From: a virus
Direction: 5' to 3' (one strand)
Virus record (IMG/VR): IMGVR_UViG_3300017956_000007
Span: 1 to 64,000 of that record
DNA: 64,000 nucleotides
Below, one piece after another: positions 8,901 to 19,512 of this stretch. Below the pieces are notes generated by a model that was given only the letters and a program-made list of their open reading frames with translations, was not told the origin of the DNA and did no database searches. How positions within the stretch are numbered: the first letter of the stretch is position 1; each line of letters opens with the position of its first letter. Made by a program: the position numbers and the translations under genes.

Positions 8901-10630
8901 ACCAATGATAAATTAACACCTACTTTGCCTAATGATTCCACATTTAAAACTTTACCATCATTGTTTTCTACAAGAAGTGTATCTCCTAAATTATCAGCAT
9001 GAGTTCTTACGTAAAGAGATGATCCTAAAGTACCTGCTCCTTCGCTAACTATACTCACCAAATTTGAGGTATGATCTGATATGGATCTAACAAATATAGC
9101 GGAACCTGATGTTATATTATCTGAAAAAATATCAATAGTGTTTGCTGTTGTATTCTCAGAGTCAACAAAAATAGAATAATAATTAGAATCAGAATTTATA
9201 TACAAACCTCTTCCGGATTTTGTATATAAATCCATCAATCTTGTTCCTGAAGCATCTTCATGATTCTGATTTAGAACAAATAACTTTCTTGAATCATTAG
9301 TTTGATTATCATCATTTAATTCTACAATAGAACCTGTCCAATTAATGGTTGAAGTTCCATATCTCATATTAAGTAAAGAACCGGTGGTCAATGTAGTGGT
9401 TCTAATATCGATTATATCAGATGTTGATTGATCACCATCAACAACAACTGCAGATCTATTTCCTTTATCAGCATTAATATAAAGAGCATAAGTATCGTCT
9501 AAATTATTCTGATGGATATGTAATTTTCCTTGAATATTTTCAAACGAACCTTGTGTTGCAATTTCTAAACTTCCTCCATTATCAGGATAAATTTTTACTG
9601 TTTCAGATTGATTAACACCTAATGTTAATTTGTTTGAATCATTACTATATTTTATGAATCCTTTTGTAGGTGATACAGCATCACCGAACTTTATATGTGA
9701 ATTTGAAGTGGTATTTGCTAAAAAGGTCATTCCGACAGAAGTATTACCCTCAACTACCAATTCATCAGAATTGGCATCAACTGTAATTTTTTGAGAATTG
9801 ACATCCGCAAAATCTCTTCTAATATGCAATCTACCAGAAGATGATACGGGATATCTCAAAGATCCTGGACCTGACCATTCCGGAAACTTACCAATACCAA
9901 CATTAGCGTCATCATTTGATGCAAATATTGCGCTGGTATTAGTTATTAAATAGTAACCTGTGTTAGCCGTAAAATCTGATGAATGTATTAGTCCTGAGTA
10001 AAATTCAGAAGAATCATATTTTCCCCCTAAAACCGTAGCACCTGTAAAATTATGAGTTCCACTTTGCACAGTAATTGTTCCATAATAAGTACTATTGATT
10101 TTTAGACTAGTTCCATGAATCGTTCCAGCAGTTCCTGTTCCTCCTGAAGGCACATAAGGGTAAACATTAAGTATCTGCACTTCACCCAAATTTGTTATCA
10201 CTGCTTCTGTAAAATCTATTTGCGATTGTCCATCCGCTCTTAAATCTTGACCATTTAATAATATTTCACTATCTCTTATTTGAACACTTTGAATGTAAGA
10301 ATCAGGATTTGAACCGCTTACGGTAGAACCACCTCGAACTTTTATTTGACTAGCGATTCCTAGAGAAACAACATTTGCATCTGTAAAATCAACAATAGAA
10401 GATTGGCCAGTAAATGTTAATTTAACACCAGTGACGGTATTGGCGGATACAGAATTTGAAGAGATAACATTTATATATGTCGCACCAGTGAAATCTGTTG
10501 TAACAATAGCATCGATAGGATCATCATCCGATGATTCTCTCAAAACTTTCAATGCTTTGTTAGTTTCGTTTCTCCAGTCTTCAAAAGTATTGATTAATTC
10601 TACGTCTATTAAAGTTTCAGATATTGCCAT
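5942..10630 (-). CDS. Long fibre-like virion protein (1562 aa), probably a trimeric beta-helix
   Basis: N-terminal NTFEDWRNETN motif; G/T/S/N/V-rich with roughly 6-residue xG(N/D)LTV periodicity; located between the baseplate and neck genes. Confidence 0.75.
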   Translation of the reverse strand: MAISETLIDVELINTFEDWRNETNKALKVLRESSDDDPIDAIVTTDFTGATYINVISSNSVSANTVTGVKLTFTGQSSIVDFTDANVVSLGIASQIKVRGGSTVSGSNPDSYIQSVQIRDSEILLNGQDLRADGQSQIDFTEAVITNLGEVQILNVYPYVPSGGTGTAGTIHGTSLKINSTYYGTITVQSGTHNFTGATVLGGKYDSSEFYSGLIHSSDFTANTGYYLITNTSAIFASNDDANVGIGKFPEWSGPGSLRYPVSSSGRLHIRRDFADVNSQKITVDANSDELVVEGNTSVGMTFLANTTSNSHIKFGDAVSPTKGFIKYSNDSNKLTLGVNQSETVKIYPDNGGSLEIATQGSFENIQGKLHIHQNNLDDTYALYINADKGNRSAVVVDGDQSTSDIIDIRTTTLTTGSLLNMRYGTSTINWTGSIVELNDDNQTNDSRKLFVLNQNHEDASGTRLMDLYTKSGRGLYINSDSNYYSIFVDSENTTANTIDIFSDNITSGSAIFVRSISDHTSNLVSIVSEGAGTLGSSLYVRTHADNLGDTLLVENNDGKVLNVESLGKVGVNLSLVDGETILIKRQTNEPTAVAPNEVIEVIGDGTAWHTLHVGGTLGVEANSIFNGNEMRINSNVVHQNGNTTIFLMDAHGTDGYAIFGIGENATDSTSGTTLYATYPGGTRQGYSYLGMGQIIWDAGPGNEAKNRRPEYWGIEFNQYNNSLLFPGKMTVANNVLIKHNVHIDKHVTANGDMTIDGDISLANGSVTFTDTGPNPADGQFTFGHPTTFETSLLVQGPLDARGGVTFDGDFVVSGNALFDYTGPFTVNPLAYFKSNVLMKDHLTVDKDLHVKTDSFFDGDVRFDSTNKTVTFDGKLYHTGQNVIVSSSTSNTHVKGTSNFNGNTRFFGANLYIDSVSSNTFSRGNLTVGGNVKFNGSNTDVTANVNISGLVYSQNAVSLVNIKDDVLESVALTVTGEYTDTGVKYGNTWIVGRLNNKGNTEIFGDLTISGNIKGSGDFDMQNTDLNVRNLRVEQDATVIGNINVSEGDIIGSDDLFINRNLIVRGENPNAVGHTYAGHEELEPRGYLWVDNPLVNNYIAGTLTIGRGDVDIINGTLRVSQGDIIGDDDLTVTGSISAGKQITTDLHFYSQKYIETIGTGTDNVNKLGSGTLTVVKANNEGNVYVTGNTTITKDLTIHDRLFVEKQTLLKDTLTVNKDATFKGNKLTANGNITFDGEITANSLVITTGNTTNSTGVKVVNGKLEVLSTTANNYIQNKLYVKNGLIVKDGNLHVKSSTTIDGTTYSEGAITTNGDLWTKKNLKSTGILTVDSRSESSIAGGTLKVSWPTNENGNVYISGNASVTQDLTVSGDIFVTGDIRAASVTYQSVSVAGNYSATGYVEGTYFNATGGTSTFQGVNATSIVASSYITSSSYITAQGAITGTSLSAGTTGSISGAGIRGTSLNLLGYDGSSYGNITNAGDITCQKITIRTNGVINETGNVKTPGLWVTSNKSKFDGMSEFTKNVKISARLSAKASTGDQVDCAIPIYNSAGTILNLFNPTIS

Positions 10631-10633
10631 TTC

Positions 10634-10849
10634 TTAATCCTGAGAAATTTTTTCTAATATTTTTCGCAACATACATTTTAATTCGAATATTTCACTCTTC
10701 AAATTATTTATTTCATTCGAATGATTCATTAGCAAATTATTTTGTTTTACTTTATTTCGATGATTATCAAGAGTTTTTTTATCATTTCTTATAATCGCAT
10801 TAGAATACGTATCTTTAAGATACTTTGGATCATCTGTTTTCACAATCAT
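10634..10849 (-). CDS. Small coiled-coil hypothetical protein following VrlC-like gene
   Basis: KDTYSNAII...EINNLKSEIFELKCML; translationally coupled on both sides. Confidence 0.7.
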   Translation of the reverse strand: MIVKTDDPKYLKDTYSNAIIRNDKKTLDNHRNKVKQNNLLMNHSNEINNLKSEIFELKCMLRKILEKISQD

Positions 10850-13800
10850 GGAACACCTACACTATCCAATGCGATTGCTTTCATGTCTAAAATTTTAGGT
10901 ATCCCTATAAATGTAGTTTGTACATCTCTATTCAAGGTAAATGCTATTTTTATAGCAAATGTTCTAAAAGTATCAAATAAAGACCCATCAGAATTGGTGT
11001 AAGAAATATATTCATCTTTGGTTCTAAATACAAAATTCTTAGTATCATTTTCATTTAATGAATATGTTGATTCTGCTGTATCTTGTACCATTGCAATGTA
11101 AGGTTTTTCATCAAAAGATTCTGGATCACTATTAGATAAAACTTTATAATATACATGTATATTTGATCCTCTAGGCTTGTAAGCATTCAAATATATTCTC
11201 AAATCTCTAGCATCAAAATTTTCTTCCAAAGTAACACGTTTACTAATATATCTTGATAATAAATTTCCGCCAAATGAATGACTTACATTTGCGGTCAACA
11301 TCTCTTCTGGTTTTGCTCCTTCGCCATTAACCTTAACAACCATCGAAGTTGTTGAAGCAACATTATCAGTCAACACTCCAGGTGAACCACCATCATAAAT
11401 TGTTATTGTAGGTGTCGTCACATAACCTGAACCAGGATTTACAACATATACACTTTTAATACTTGTATTTGAAAAAACTTCTGCAGCCAATGTTGCTCGG
11501 TCTGTTCCATAATCTGGCATTGAAACTTCAAATAAATCTGTATTACCATGCGCATCAGTATCATATCCCTGACCAGTATTCGTAATTATGATATTATTAT
11601 TTGTAATCTCTCCATTATTTAATATATTCTCTACAGTTATGAAACCCATTCTAGTAACATCAAATACTGGAGATAATTTGGTATTTGTTGTTTCAAAATA
11701 CAAATTTATCATTAAAGAATTAGAATACTGCGCATTATTTACATCAGACATATAAGTGATTTGTTTTTGCTGTTGCAAATCAACCGTTTTATTAGGAGTA
11801 AATCTAATTTCAGGATTTCTTGTTATGGAATCTTTTTCTGTCAAAGAATGTTTAAAATCTACGAATGTATCAGTAAATTCTAATTGATCTGTCATTAACT
11901 TAAAAGTATCAAAATAAGTATTAGAATATTTTTTATTTGCTGAATACAGTTCATTCTTAAAATTTGCCAGACCACTTAATGCTGAAAATTCACACATATA
12001 TACTTCAAACATTAATCCTGAATTGTTTACACGATTGTATGTACCAGTATTTGTTGGTAAAAATAAAGACCCCACAAAATCATTTTTATTAACAGTCAAG
12101 GAATCAAACGGATTAGTTCCTGTAATTAAAGCATTTACATCAAAACCATATAAATTGTATGAACTACTATTAGAAAGTAAAGTTATCGCATATTCGCCAG
12201 GTTCAACATAAACAGGATGATCAAACACAAAATTAGTTTTAGATCCTTTATCCAAACCACTTGCGTTTGGTGTATTTGAGTTGCCAAGTTCTAAATCGGG
12301 ATAAATTTGCTGTGAAGTTAAAGCATCTGTTTGTGCAGTTGGTGTTTCAGTATTTGCTGTTACTCGTCCTGGACTTAATATTACTTCAGATCCTGGAATT
12401 ATAACCGATGGACTAGGATTACCATTAACAATTGGCCTTAATTGCAAAGTGACTGGAGTTTTCGCTCCGACAGTATCATCTTTTGTTCTAAAAAATAAAA
12501 CCACTCTCTCTAAAAAAACACCTTTTGGATATAAATCTTCACTGATGTAAAATGTTTGTGCCAATGGATGATAATAGTTTGTCGTACCTGTTTCATTAGA
12601 TTCTAAGACATCTTTGATTATTATTTCACTTGCGATATCGTTTCTTCTTAAAATTAATGGACGTGTAGAAAATATTCCATTTTCATTTTTATTATCGATT
12701 AAACCTTTAGAATAAAAAGTTTGTTCGGCAACTGATGTTGTTAATTCTGGTATATTTTCAGAATCATCACACACTCTAAATAATAAATCATTAGATTTAA
12801 AAATTGATGATGGTACAAAAAATTCTCCAGCTACTACTCCATCTTGATTAACAGACAATTGCTGATCTTGTAGTGTAAAATTTTGAATGCTTTCGATTAT
12901 TCCTTCACAAAAATGTTCTTTACCTCTGATTTTTTGGCCTATTCTAAACGAATCTTCATTGGAAAAATTTGTTACCATTATAGCACATGAATTGATAGTA
13001 TTCCTATCTGACATGAAAACAACTGTAGCAGTATTTCCTGCCTGGTCTTCGGAACCGGGTTCATCTAAAATTTCAATTTCCTCGTAATTATTTGGTGTTG
13101 TTCTAAAAACGTTTGCGGTATTTACATTTTTGAGATTAATAATAGTTGCTTGTTTTATTTGATTAGTCACTCTAGTATCACCAAAAAATGCAAAAACATT
13201 TTTATTTGGTTTTAATCCTTTGGCTAAGAATGTTATTTTTTGTTCCCTTACTCCAAATACAACACTCATATTCAAAACTTTGTTGCCAAAAGTTTTTATT
13301 ATTTGTTCTGGAATATTTCCTGTTGTGAGTCCAGATAAAGTTTTTTGTTGATTTGTCGTTGTGGTAGAACGATCACTGATAGATGGACTTCCTAAATCAA
13401 CAATACCGTTTTTAGTATCATTATTGATTTGTTTGCCTGACCAAAAATCTTCCCAATCTTTCCACTGAGAACCATGACCATTTTTATATTCTATTTTTCT
13501 CCAGTTATCAAATTGTCCCTCAATATTAACTTTAATATTAGCTTTATTAACCGTGTCATACCATATATCACTAGGAGGATCTAGAAACATAGATCCAATA
13601 TAATTCTGTAAACCCGGACTTATCTGAATAGTCTTTTGAAACGATGCGCCATTCCAATTTCCTGTTGTTAATTGACTAACAATAGGTGTTTTTATAAACG
13701 GTAATGTCAAAATTCCAGAATTATTTACAAGAGTTGTTGAATCAGTGTCAATATTAAATTTAAAAGCATCACTATAAAATGAAGGTCTTAATTTTTTATT

Positions 13801-16800
13801 TTCAAAATCTATTGCACATGAATAATCTAAATTCAAAACATCTCCAATATTATGTCCGGAGAAAGGATCTACTAATATACCATTTTTAAATCTATCATTA
13901 TTATTCGAATCAGTAATTACTAATCCGTCGGCTTCTTTTTCCATCAAACTCAATGATGTATAATATTCCAATGTTTCTATTCTACGTTCTAATTTTCCAA
14001 TATCCCTCATAGTATATCTTTTATTATCAATATATCGTATCTGCACATCACTAATTAATGAGGTATATGGTGCTAAGTCTAGACTATATAATGTCAAAGA
14101 ATCTTCATCATCTGGAGGTAATACAGGTTCTAAATCAGATATACCTTCTATAACTCTAAACTGTCGGTCTTTACCTAGTACTAACTTATCTTTTCTTGGT
14201 AGATAGTGATTATAACTACATTCAAATGCAAAATCATAATCAGGCATACATTTTTGAGAAAAAACGTTTGATGTTAGAATATCATTTGTTGATGATGATC
14301 CAAATTGATCTTCCGTTTCAATACCAACTCTTTTAGGTCTAAAATCTATAACATCTCGTAAATTGAAAGTTTTTCCTGTAGTTGGACTTGTATAATATGG
14401 TATGCTTTGATATTGAGTATTACCGGTTCCTGAATAAATGTATGAATCAACGGTAAAAGGTCCAAAACCTTCATGATTATAGTAATTCAAAATTACTAAA
14501 ATTTGACCTGCTGGAACAGTAGCATTATTTTTTAATCTAATATTCGCATAATTATAGTAATTATCTTTTTGACCGTTGTCAAATATAAAATCATTTGTTA
14601 CATTATAAATACTTGGAATTCCTGTTGTTTGGGAAGAAATTGCCGCCGCAACCATCGCATTTGATACATTTTGATTCGGATTTCTTGAGTCTACTATTGT
14701 TACTATTTCTTTAACATCTGAGATTTTTAAACTATTAATAGCACCAGGACTGTAATCTAATTCTGTTCCGAATGCTATTTGTCCTTGCTGTGCTTGAACC
14801 AATGATGGGGTAAGAGTCGAACTTCTTGAATCAACAACTGCTCCACTAGTATTGCCTGAAACTAATATTTTTTTACCTATGAGTCTACCTTCATCAGCAT
14901 CTGATGCTATCATTGTGGCAACTACATGAATATATTTACCCTCATAATTAAAATTTATACTGTCAGGATGTGTTGACCCCACATTTATCTGCAATTGTTC
15001 TGCTCCATTCAATGATGTAATAGATCTACCGGCAGATAATCCTGTGCCTGATGTATTAGAAAATTCAATATAATCTCCTTCTACACCCGTTTGAGATGAA
15101 TCTGGATCTAAAACAGTAACTATGTAATTTTGCTCTGCTTGTGATTCCGATAAAGTCAAATTTGAAATCGTTCCTGGATAAAATTTTTCCTTAGAACCAA
15201 AAGGAGTATTTAAAGTTGCAACATTACCTGTTAATGGCTCATAGAATGTTCTCTTAAATTTATATTCTCTGTTTGATGTCGATTCTATTGCTTTATTATT
15301 AAATGGAAATATCAAAGTTCTCTGATCATCATTATCATCAAATAGTACTGTTTCTCCTTCTTCAGTCAATGTATTTTTACCAGTAACATCAACATTAAAT
15401 GCTGAAGTGATTACTGATGTGCCCCCTCCAGTATCCTTTAATTTTATACCAGATTTAACATCTTTCAATGAAAAATTAATTGAAAAAGTAGAGTCTGATT
15501 GTGTAGGTTGGGTGAGTGGAGTGTCTAAAACTGCAGTATATTGCACACTGGGATCACCATTCACACTTGTTCCAGTATAAGAAATAATTTTTCGTATATC
15601 ACTTGTGACAACACCTAAAAAACTAGTATTAACAGTAATTGTCGCTCCAAATAAACAATTTGGGGTTTTATAATAATCATCAATCGTTATTAAACTGGTA
15701 TTAGAATTCGATGCTGTTACTGTGCTATCGTGCTTTGAAAATCTAAAATCAAATAAATGCATATTAAAAGTCGATGGATATAATCTATGATAAGTTCTAT
15801 TAACACTATCGGTAGCATATTTACTGTCGATGGTTAAAGATCTACCTCCATGGTGGTCTATTTGTCTAACTCTTGCTGTTCCGATTTTAGTTCTATTTGT
15901 ATCATCAGTTGATAAAACATCAATACCCACAAAAGATATCTCTGCATCAGCATCTGAAGTTATAAGATTCACAGTTCCATCAGTTCTTGATGTTGATGGC
16001 CATTTTACAATATGTAAATCAACTATGTCCATACCAGAACCTCCCCCATCTGCTGTATCTATTCCGGTATCTAAAACATTATTAGCAAAAAAATCAGTTA
16101 CCCGCATATAAGGACCAAATTCTAGTCCTTGCTGTTCACTCACAACATTTCGTAAATCTCTAGCCTTTTTAAGATCGACATACTTTGTTGTTATAGTTTC
16201 ATGCTCATAACCTTTTACATATGCTTTTCCTGGTCCTAATTGTAATGTTAATTTTGATTCTACACCAATATTTTGATTTTCTGTGCCATTTCCTAAAGAT
16301 TTTCCTGTAGATAATATCAAATATGAAGTATTTTGTATTGTTCCTACAGTAGCTGTTTTTGCAGTGTTACCAGATAAATAAATGACATCGCCTTGATTTA
16401 AATCATTGACAAAGTTAGTTCCTGTTCCATCTAGATTGTCCGATGTATTTTGTGTAGTTCTAGGACTCGCCACACCAAAAATTTTATGTTGTAAAACATC
16501 AATAGGAAAAGGTCTGACTGTAAAATCACCGTTAGTATCATAAGTTCTTCTCGCCAAAGTTTTTTCTATTTCACCTAAAACAGGATATACTATTTCTTCA
16601 GTTTTTTTACCGTTTTCAATCCTTAATAATTCAATAAAATTTGATGTTACATTTTTTTCTATTGGATTTACAATACCTCTAATGTACTCAACATCACCTA
16701 TTACAGGAGTTGATGGTTTACCTTGTATATTAAAACTAAAAGAAATACTAGTTCCAACTTCTGAAATTACATGCTTACCGTTCACTGTGTTATCAAGTGC

Positions 16801-17712
16801 TCCAGTAACAACAACTGTATCTCCAACACTTAAATTATGATCTGTGGCAGTTGTTATATTAATTTTACCAGATTTTAAATCTTTTTCATCAACCGCAAAA
16901 GTTACACCAGCAGGTATGATTTTTTTACCTTTTTCATAAAAATCTTTTTTCACCAATGTTAAAGAAATTTTATATCTATTCCCTCCAGGTGCGCTAAAAT
17001 TAGGATATCCCAATGCATTATCTAACAATGTTGTATCATCAATGCTGGATACAATTCTTTCATCTATTTCTAAACCTATTCTATTTGTGGGGGTATTGGA
17101 ATATTTTTCAAGTATTATAGTTTGTTTCGGAATATATAAAAAATATCCTCCAATATAAAAAATACCTTCACTGATTCCACAAATAGAACCACTTTTTGAT
17201 GATAGGGATGTAACTAATGTTTCGGAAAATAATATTCCTTCTGAACTATCAGTTACAACTGCAAAATAAGAAACTCCATCATCTATTGTATTAATAACTT
17301 CACCATCTAAAAATAAATCTTCACCAAAATAATTTATCATAATGGTGTTGTTATCTATATTTGTATACGTAGATGCGGCAATAACTTCTGCCTTTGCCAA
17401 AGAAGTTTGTCCTTGAATGGTTCTACCAACTAAATTATTAACATCTATCTCTTGTCCTAAATACTCTACTTTTAGTGTCAATGAATTTATTTTTGTATTG
17501 AGAGTTAACTCGCCACCAAAAACTCTTGATCCCTCGACAAAATTAACTTCACCTAATTTTTCTATTTGATTTAAAAGTATGGATTGTATTTGATTTAATT
17601 CTCTCGCTTGTACAGAAAACCCTGGTCTAAATAAAATTTTATAAAATTCATTGTCTTCAGAAAAATCATCAAAATATGGTGATATATTAAAATTTTGTGT
17701 AAGTTTAGGCAT
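10846..17712 (-). CDS. VrlC-like / DUF4815 large baseplate-associated structural protein (2288 aa)
   Basis: FNISPYFDDF...FYKILFRPGFSVQARELNQIQSIL, LARRTYD..GDF, PGKAYVKGYE, NKRYTMRDIGKLERRIETLEYYTSLSL, DRFKNGILVDPF, PLAQTF; follows gp8. Confidence 0.88.
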   Translation of the reverse strand: MPKLTQNFNISPYFDDFSEDNEFYKILFRPGFSVQARELNQIQSILLNQIEKLGEVNFVEGSRVFGGELTLNTKINSLTLKVEYLGQEIDVNNLVGRTIQGQTSLAKAEVIAASTYTNIDNNTIMINYFGEDLFLDGEVINTIDDGVSYFAVVTDSSEGILFSETLVTSLSSKSGSICGISEGIFYIGGYFLYIPKQTIILEKYSNTPTNRIGLEIDERIVSSIDDTTLLDNALGYPNFSAPGGNRYKISLTLVKKDFYEKGKKIIPAGVTFAVDEKDLKSGKINITTATDHNLSVGDTVVVTGALDNTVNGKHVISEVGTSISFSFNIQGKPSTPVIGDVEYIRGIVNPIEKNVTSNFIELLRIENGKKTEEIVYPVLGEIEKTLARRTYDTNGDFTVRPFPIDVLQHKIFGVASPRTTQNTSDNLDGTGTNFVNDLNQGDVIYLSGNTAKTATVGTIQNTSYLILSTGKSLGNGTENQNIGVESKLTLQLGPGKAYVKGYEHETITTKYVDLKKARDLRNVVSEQQGLEFGPYMRVTDFFANNVLDTGIDTADGGGSGMDIVDLHIVKWPSTSRTDGTVNLITSDADAEISFVGIDVLSTDDTNRTKIGTARVRQIDHHGGRSLTIDSKYATDSVNRTYHRLYPSTFNMHLFDFRFSKHDSTVTASNSNTSLITIDDYYKTPNCLFGATITVNTSFLGVVTSDIRKIISYTGTSVNGDPSVQYTAVLDTPLTQPTQSDSTFSINFSLKDVKSGIKLKDTGGGTSVITSAFNVDVTGKNTLTEEGETVLFDDNDDQRTLIFPFNNKAIESTSNREYKFKRTFYEPLTGNVATLNTPFGSKEKFYPGTISNLTLSESQAEQNYIVTVLDPDSSQTGVEGDYIEFSNTSGTGLSAGRSITSLNGAEQLQINVGSTHPDSINFNYEGKYIHVVATMIASDADEGRLIGKKILVSGNTSGAVVDSRSSTLTPSLVQAQQGQIAFGTELDYSPGAINSLKISDVKEIVTIVDSRNPNQNVSNAMVAAAISSQTTGIPSIYNVTNDFIFDNGQKDNYYNYANIRLKNNATVPAGQILVILNYYNHEGFGPFTVDSYIYSGTGNTQYQSIPYYTSPTTGKTFNLRDVIDFRPKRVGIETEDQFGSSSTNDILTSNVFSQKCMPDYDFAFECSYNHYLPRKDKLVLGKDRQFRVIEGISDLEPVLPPDDEDSLTLYSLDLAPYTSLISDVQIRYIDNKRYTMRDIGKLERRIETLEYYTSLSLMEKEADGLVITDSNNNDRFKNGILVDPFSGHNIGDVLNLDYSCAIDFENKKLRPSFYSDAFKFNIDTDSTTLVNNSGILTLPFIKTPIVSQLTTGNWNGASFQKTIQISPGLQNYIGSMFLDPPSDIWYDTVNKANIKVNIEGQFDNWRKIEYKNGHGSQWKDWEDFWSGKQINNDTKNGIVDLGSPSISDRSTTTTNQQKTLSGLTTGNIPEQIIKTFGNKVLNMSVVFGVREQKITFLAKGLKPNKNVFAFFGDTRVTNQIKQATIINLKNVNTANVFRTTPNNYEEIEILDEPGSEDQAGNTATVVFMSDRNTINSCAIMVTNFSNEDSFRIGQKIRGKEHFCEGIIESIQNFTLQDQQLSVNQDGVVAGEFFVPSSIFKSNDLLFRVCDDSENIPELTTSVAEQTFYSKGLIDNKNENGIFSTRPLILRRNDIASEIIIKDVLESNETGTTNYYHPLAQTFYISEDLYPKGVFLERVVLFFRTKDDTVGAKTPVTLQLRPIVNGNPSPSVIIPGSEVILSPGRVTANTETPTAQTDALTSQQIYPDLELGNSNTPNASGLDKGSKTNFVFDHPVYVEPGEYAITLLSNSSSYNLYGFDVNALITGTNPFDSLTVNKNDFVGSLFLPTNTGTYNRVNNSGLMFEVYMCEFSALSGLANFKNELYSANKKYSNTYFDTFKLMTDQLEFTDTFVDFKHSLTEKDSITRNPEIRFTPNKTVDLQQQKQITYMSDVNNAQYSNSLMINLYFETTNTKLSPVFDVTRMGFITVENILNNGEITNNNIIITNTGQGYDTDAHGNTDLFEVSMPDYGTDRATLAAEVFSNTSIKSVYVVNPGSGYVTTPTITIYDGGSPGVLTDNVASTTSMVVKVNGEGAKPEEMLTANVSHSFGGNLLSRYISKRVTLEENFDARDLRIYLNAYKPRGSNIHVYYKVLSNSDPESFDEKPYIAMVQDTAESTYSLNENDTKNFVFRTKDEYISYTNSDGSLFDTFRTFAIKIAFTLNRDVQTTFIGIPKILDMKAIALDSVGVP

Positions 17713-17715
17713 TTG

Positions 17716-19491
17716 TTAAAACTCCAGAATTATCTTATAATTTTCAACCTGATCGGTAACTCTTTGAACTTTTTTCTTATTCTCTATGTAAAGTATATCA
17801 CCGGAATAAGGTTTCATATCTCTATCTTTAAAAACATTAATTTTTGCCGTAGCGCCAGATTTGTTTCCTGTTATTACAGAATTTACTGAAAAATCACCTA
17901 AAATCGAATTAACTCTCATAGTAGATCTGCTTGTAAAATCAACTAAAAAACCATTAGCTGTACTAGATTCTAGTGTTTCTCCGACATATATTTTTTCATC
18001 TATTAAAAATCTACCTGATAATTCTATTAATTCTAATGTTATCATCTGACTAGCATACGCAGAAGTATAAAATTCATTGTTGGAATTTAATGGATCTCGT
18101 AAAATGCCAAATTGTCTATAATCATTAGTTGTGGTAAAATATCCAAATTCATTGCTCGTTAATGTGGTATCAATCATTAATCTGTTACCATTTAACTCTT
18201 CAATAGCATTTTTTCCGTGCCCTCCAACTGGCCCTATTATTATTTTCGCAGTTGCGCCTTGACCATGCTGACTATTAGCACTAATAATAGCGGTCCCTCT
18301 ACGATATGAATATCCTTTATTTGATATCAGTGTACTTGTGATACCATGTGTTGCATTTCCTAAAGTTCTTGCGGTAGCACCAACACCATCTCCTTTTACA
18401 GTCAAACTGGGTGAAATTATGTATCCGGAAGAAGTATTAGGTGTTACAACAAAAGGAGTTTGTGTTATAATTCTACGAGATTGAGAATCATATCTAATTA
18501 TCTTAGACTGTTCACCTTGTCCTGCATTATTTGATATGTAAATGGTTGATCCGACATATATGTTATCATTTTGATTATCTGCCGATGAAGATAAAAACAT
18601 CGCTGTCGAATTCAATACAGATGTGAACCTCCCTTCACTAAATACATATGTCGAAATAGAATCTGCTGTCGATTTTGCCAATGCGCCAGATGTCAATCCT
18701 TTTATGGTTTCAGTATTTGAAAATTTTTCTCCGGGATAACTAACTATAATTTCTGTATTACCTGTCTCAAAATATTCTAGTGTTGCATAAATATCATTGA
18801 CACTAGAATATAAAGTTTCTCCAACTATAAAATCTTGTGTATCACCATCATTATTAACTGGTTCAGTTTCTAAAAAAACTTTAAAATATCCATTAGAAGT
18901 TTTTGAGATAATATCTATCGCACCATCAACGGCAGAATCTTCAACATCTCTTTGATTTCCAACAACTGATTGTACTGTTACTTTTTGAACAGGAATAAAA
19001 TTATCGTCAGAAAATTTTAAAATATCTTGTGGTTTTATGGTGTACATGTATTTCCACTTATAACCATCGGATGTTTCTATAACATTCAATCCTGTACCTG
19101 TTGGCTTAACAGTTGAGAAGCCATTCGATAAATTATTCTGTAAGCATTTATAGACATTATTGTCATCTGTCACTACATAAAAATTTTTATCAAACATATC
19201 ATTCACATCGTGAGTGTATGCAAAATAATCAGAACTAAATGACCATTCTATTCTTGGTATAATATGTTTAACATCTCCAGGTTTAATTTTTTTTGCAGAT
19301 AACATATCATCCCAATATTTGAAATGAGTATTTGCTATCGATTGTGTAGGGCCAGGAGGATTTTCTTCATTATCCCATTCATCAGTTTTACCGATAAAAA
19401 GATACATATTAGTCGGATCTATTTCCGATAATGATTCAACAATTTGTTCCGCAATATGAATTTTAAAATTATTTGTAATTAATCTAGGCAT
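17716..19491 (-). CDS. gp8: Baseplate wedge subunit gp8
   Basis: FYVVTDDNNVYKCL, DGYKWKYMYTI, NDYRQFGILRDP, YSGDILYIEN...ENYKIILEF. Confidence 0.92.
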   Translation of the reverse strand: MPRLITNNFKIHIAEQIVESLSEIDPTNMYLFIGKTDEWDNEENPPGPTQSIANTHFKYWDDMLSAKKIKPGDVKHIIPRIEWSFSSDYFAYTHDVNDMFDKNFYVVTDDNNVYKCLQNNLSNGFSTVKPTGTGLNVIETSDGYKWKYMYTIKPQDILKFSDDNFIPVQKVTVQSVVGNQRDVEDSAVDGAIDIISKTSNGYFKVFLETEPVNNDGDTQDFIVGETLYSSVNDIYATLEYFETGNTEIIVSYPGEKFSNTETIKGLTSGALAKSTADSISTYVFSEGRFTSVLNSTAMFLSSSADNQNDNIYVGSTIYISNNAGQGEQSKIIRYDSQSRRIITQTPFVVTPNTSSGYIISPSLTVKGDGVGATARTLGNATHGITSTLISNKGYSYRRGTAIISANSQHGQGATAKIIIGPVGGHGKNAIEELNGNRLMIDTTLTSNEFGYFTTTNDYRQFGILRDPLNSNNEFYTSAYASQMITLELIELSGRFLIDEKIYVGETLESSTANGFLVDFTSRSTMRVNSILGDFSVNSVITGNKSGATAKINVFKDRDMKPYSGDILYIENKKKVQRVTDQVENYKIILEF

Positions 19492-19496
19492 ATTAG

Positions 19497-19503
19497 TATT
19501 TAT
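19497..19503 (-). promoter_or_regulatory. Putative late promoter ATAAATA for gp8
   Basis: tatttat on the + strand, 5 nt upstream of the gp8 ATG. Confidence 0.65.
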
Positions 19504-19512
19504 TAATTTTAA

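Noticed and set aside
10846-17712. VrlC as a virulence factor
   Set aside because: The name is historical; in T4-like phages this family is a structural protein encoded next to gp8.
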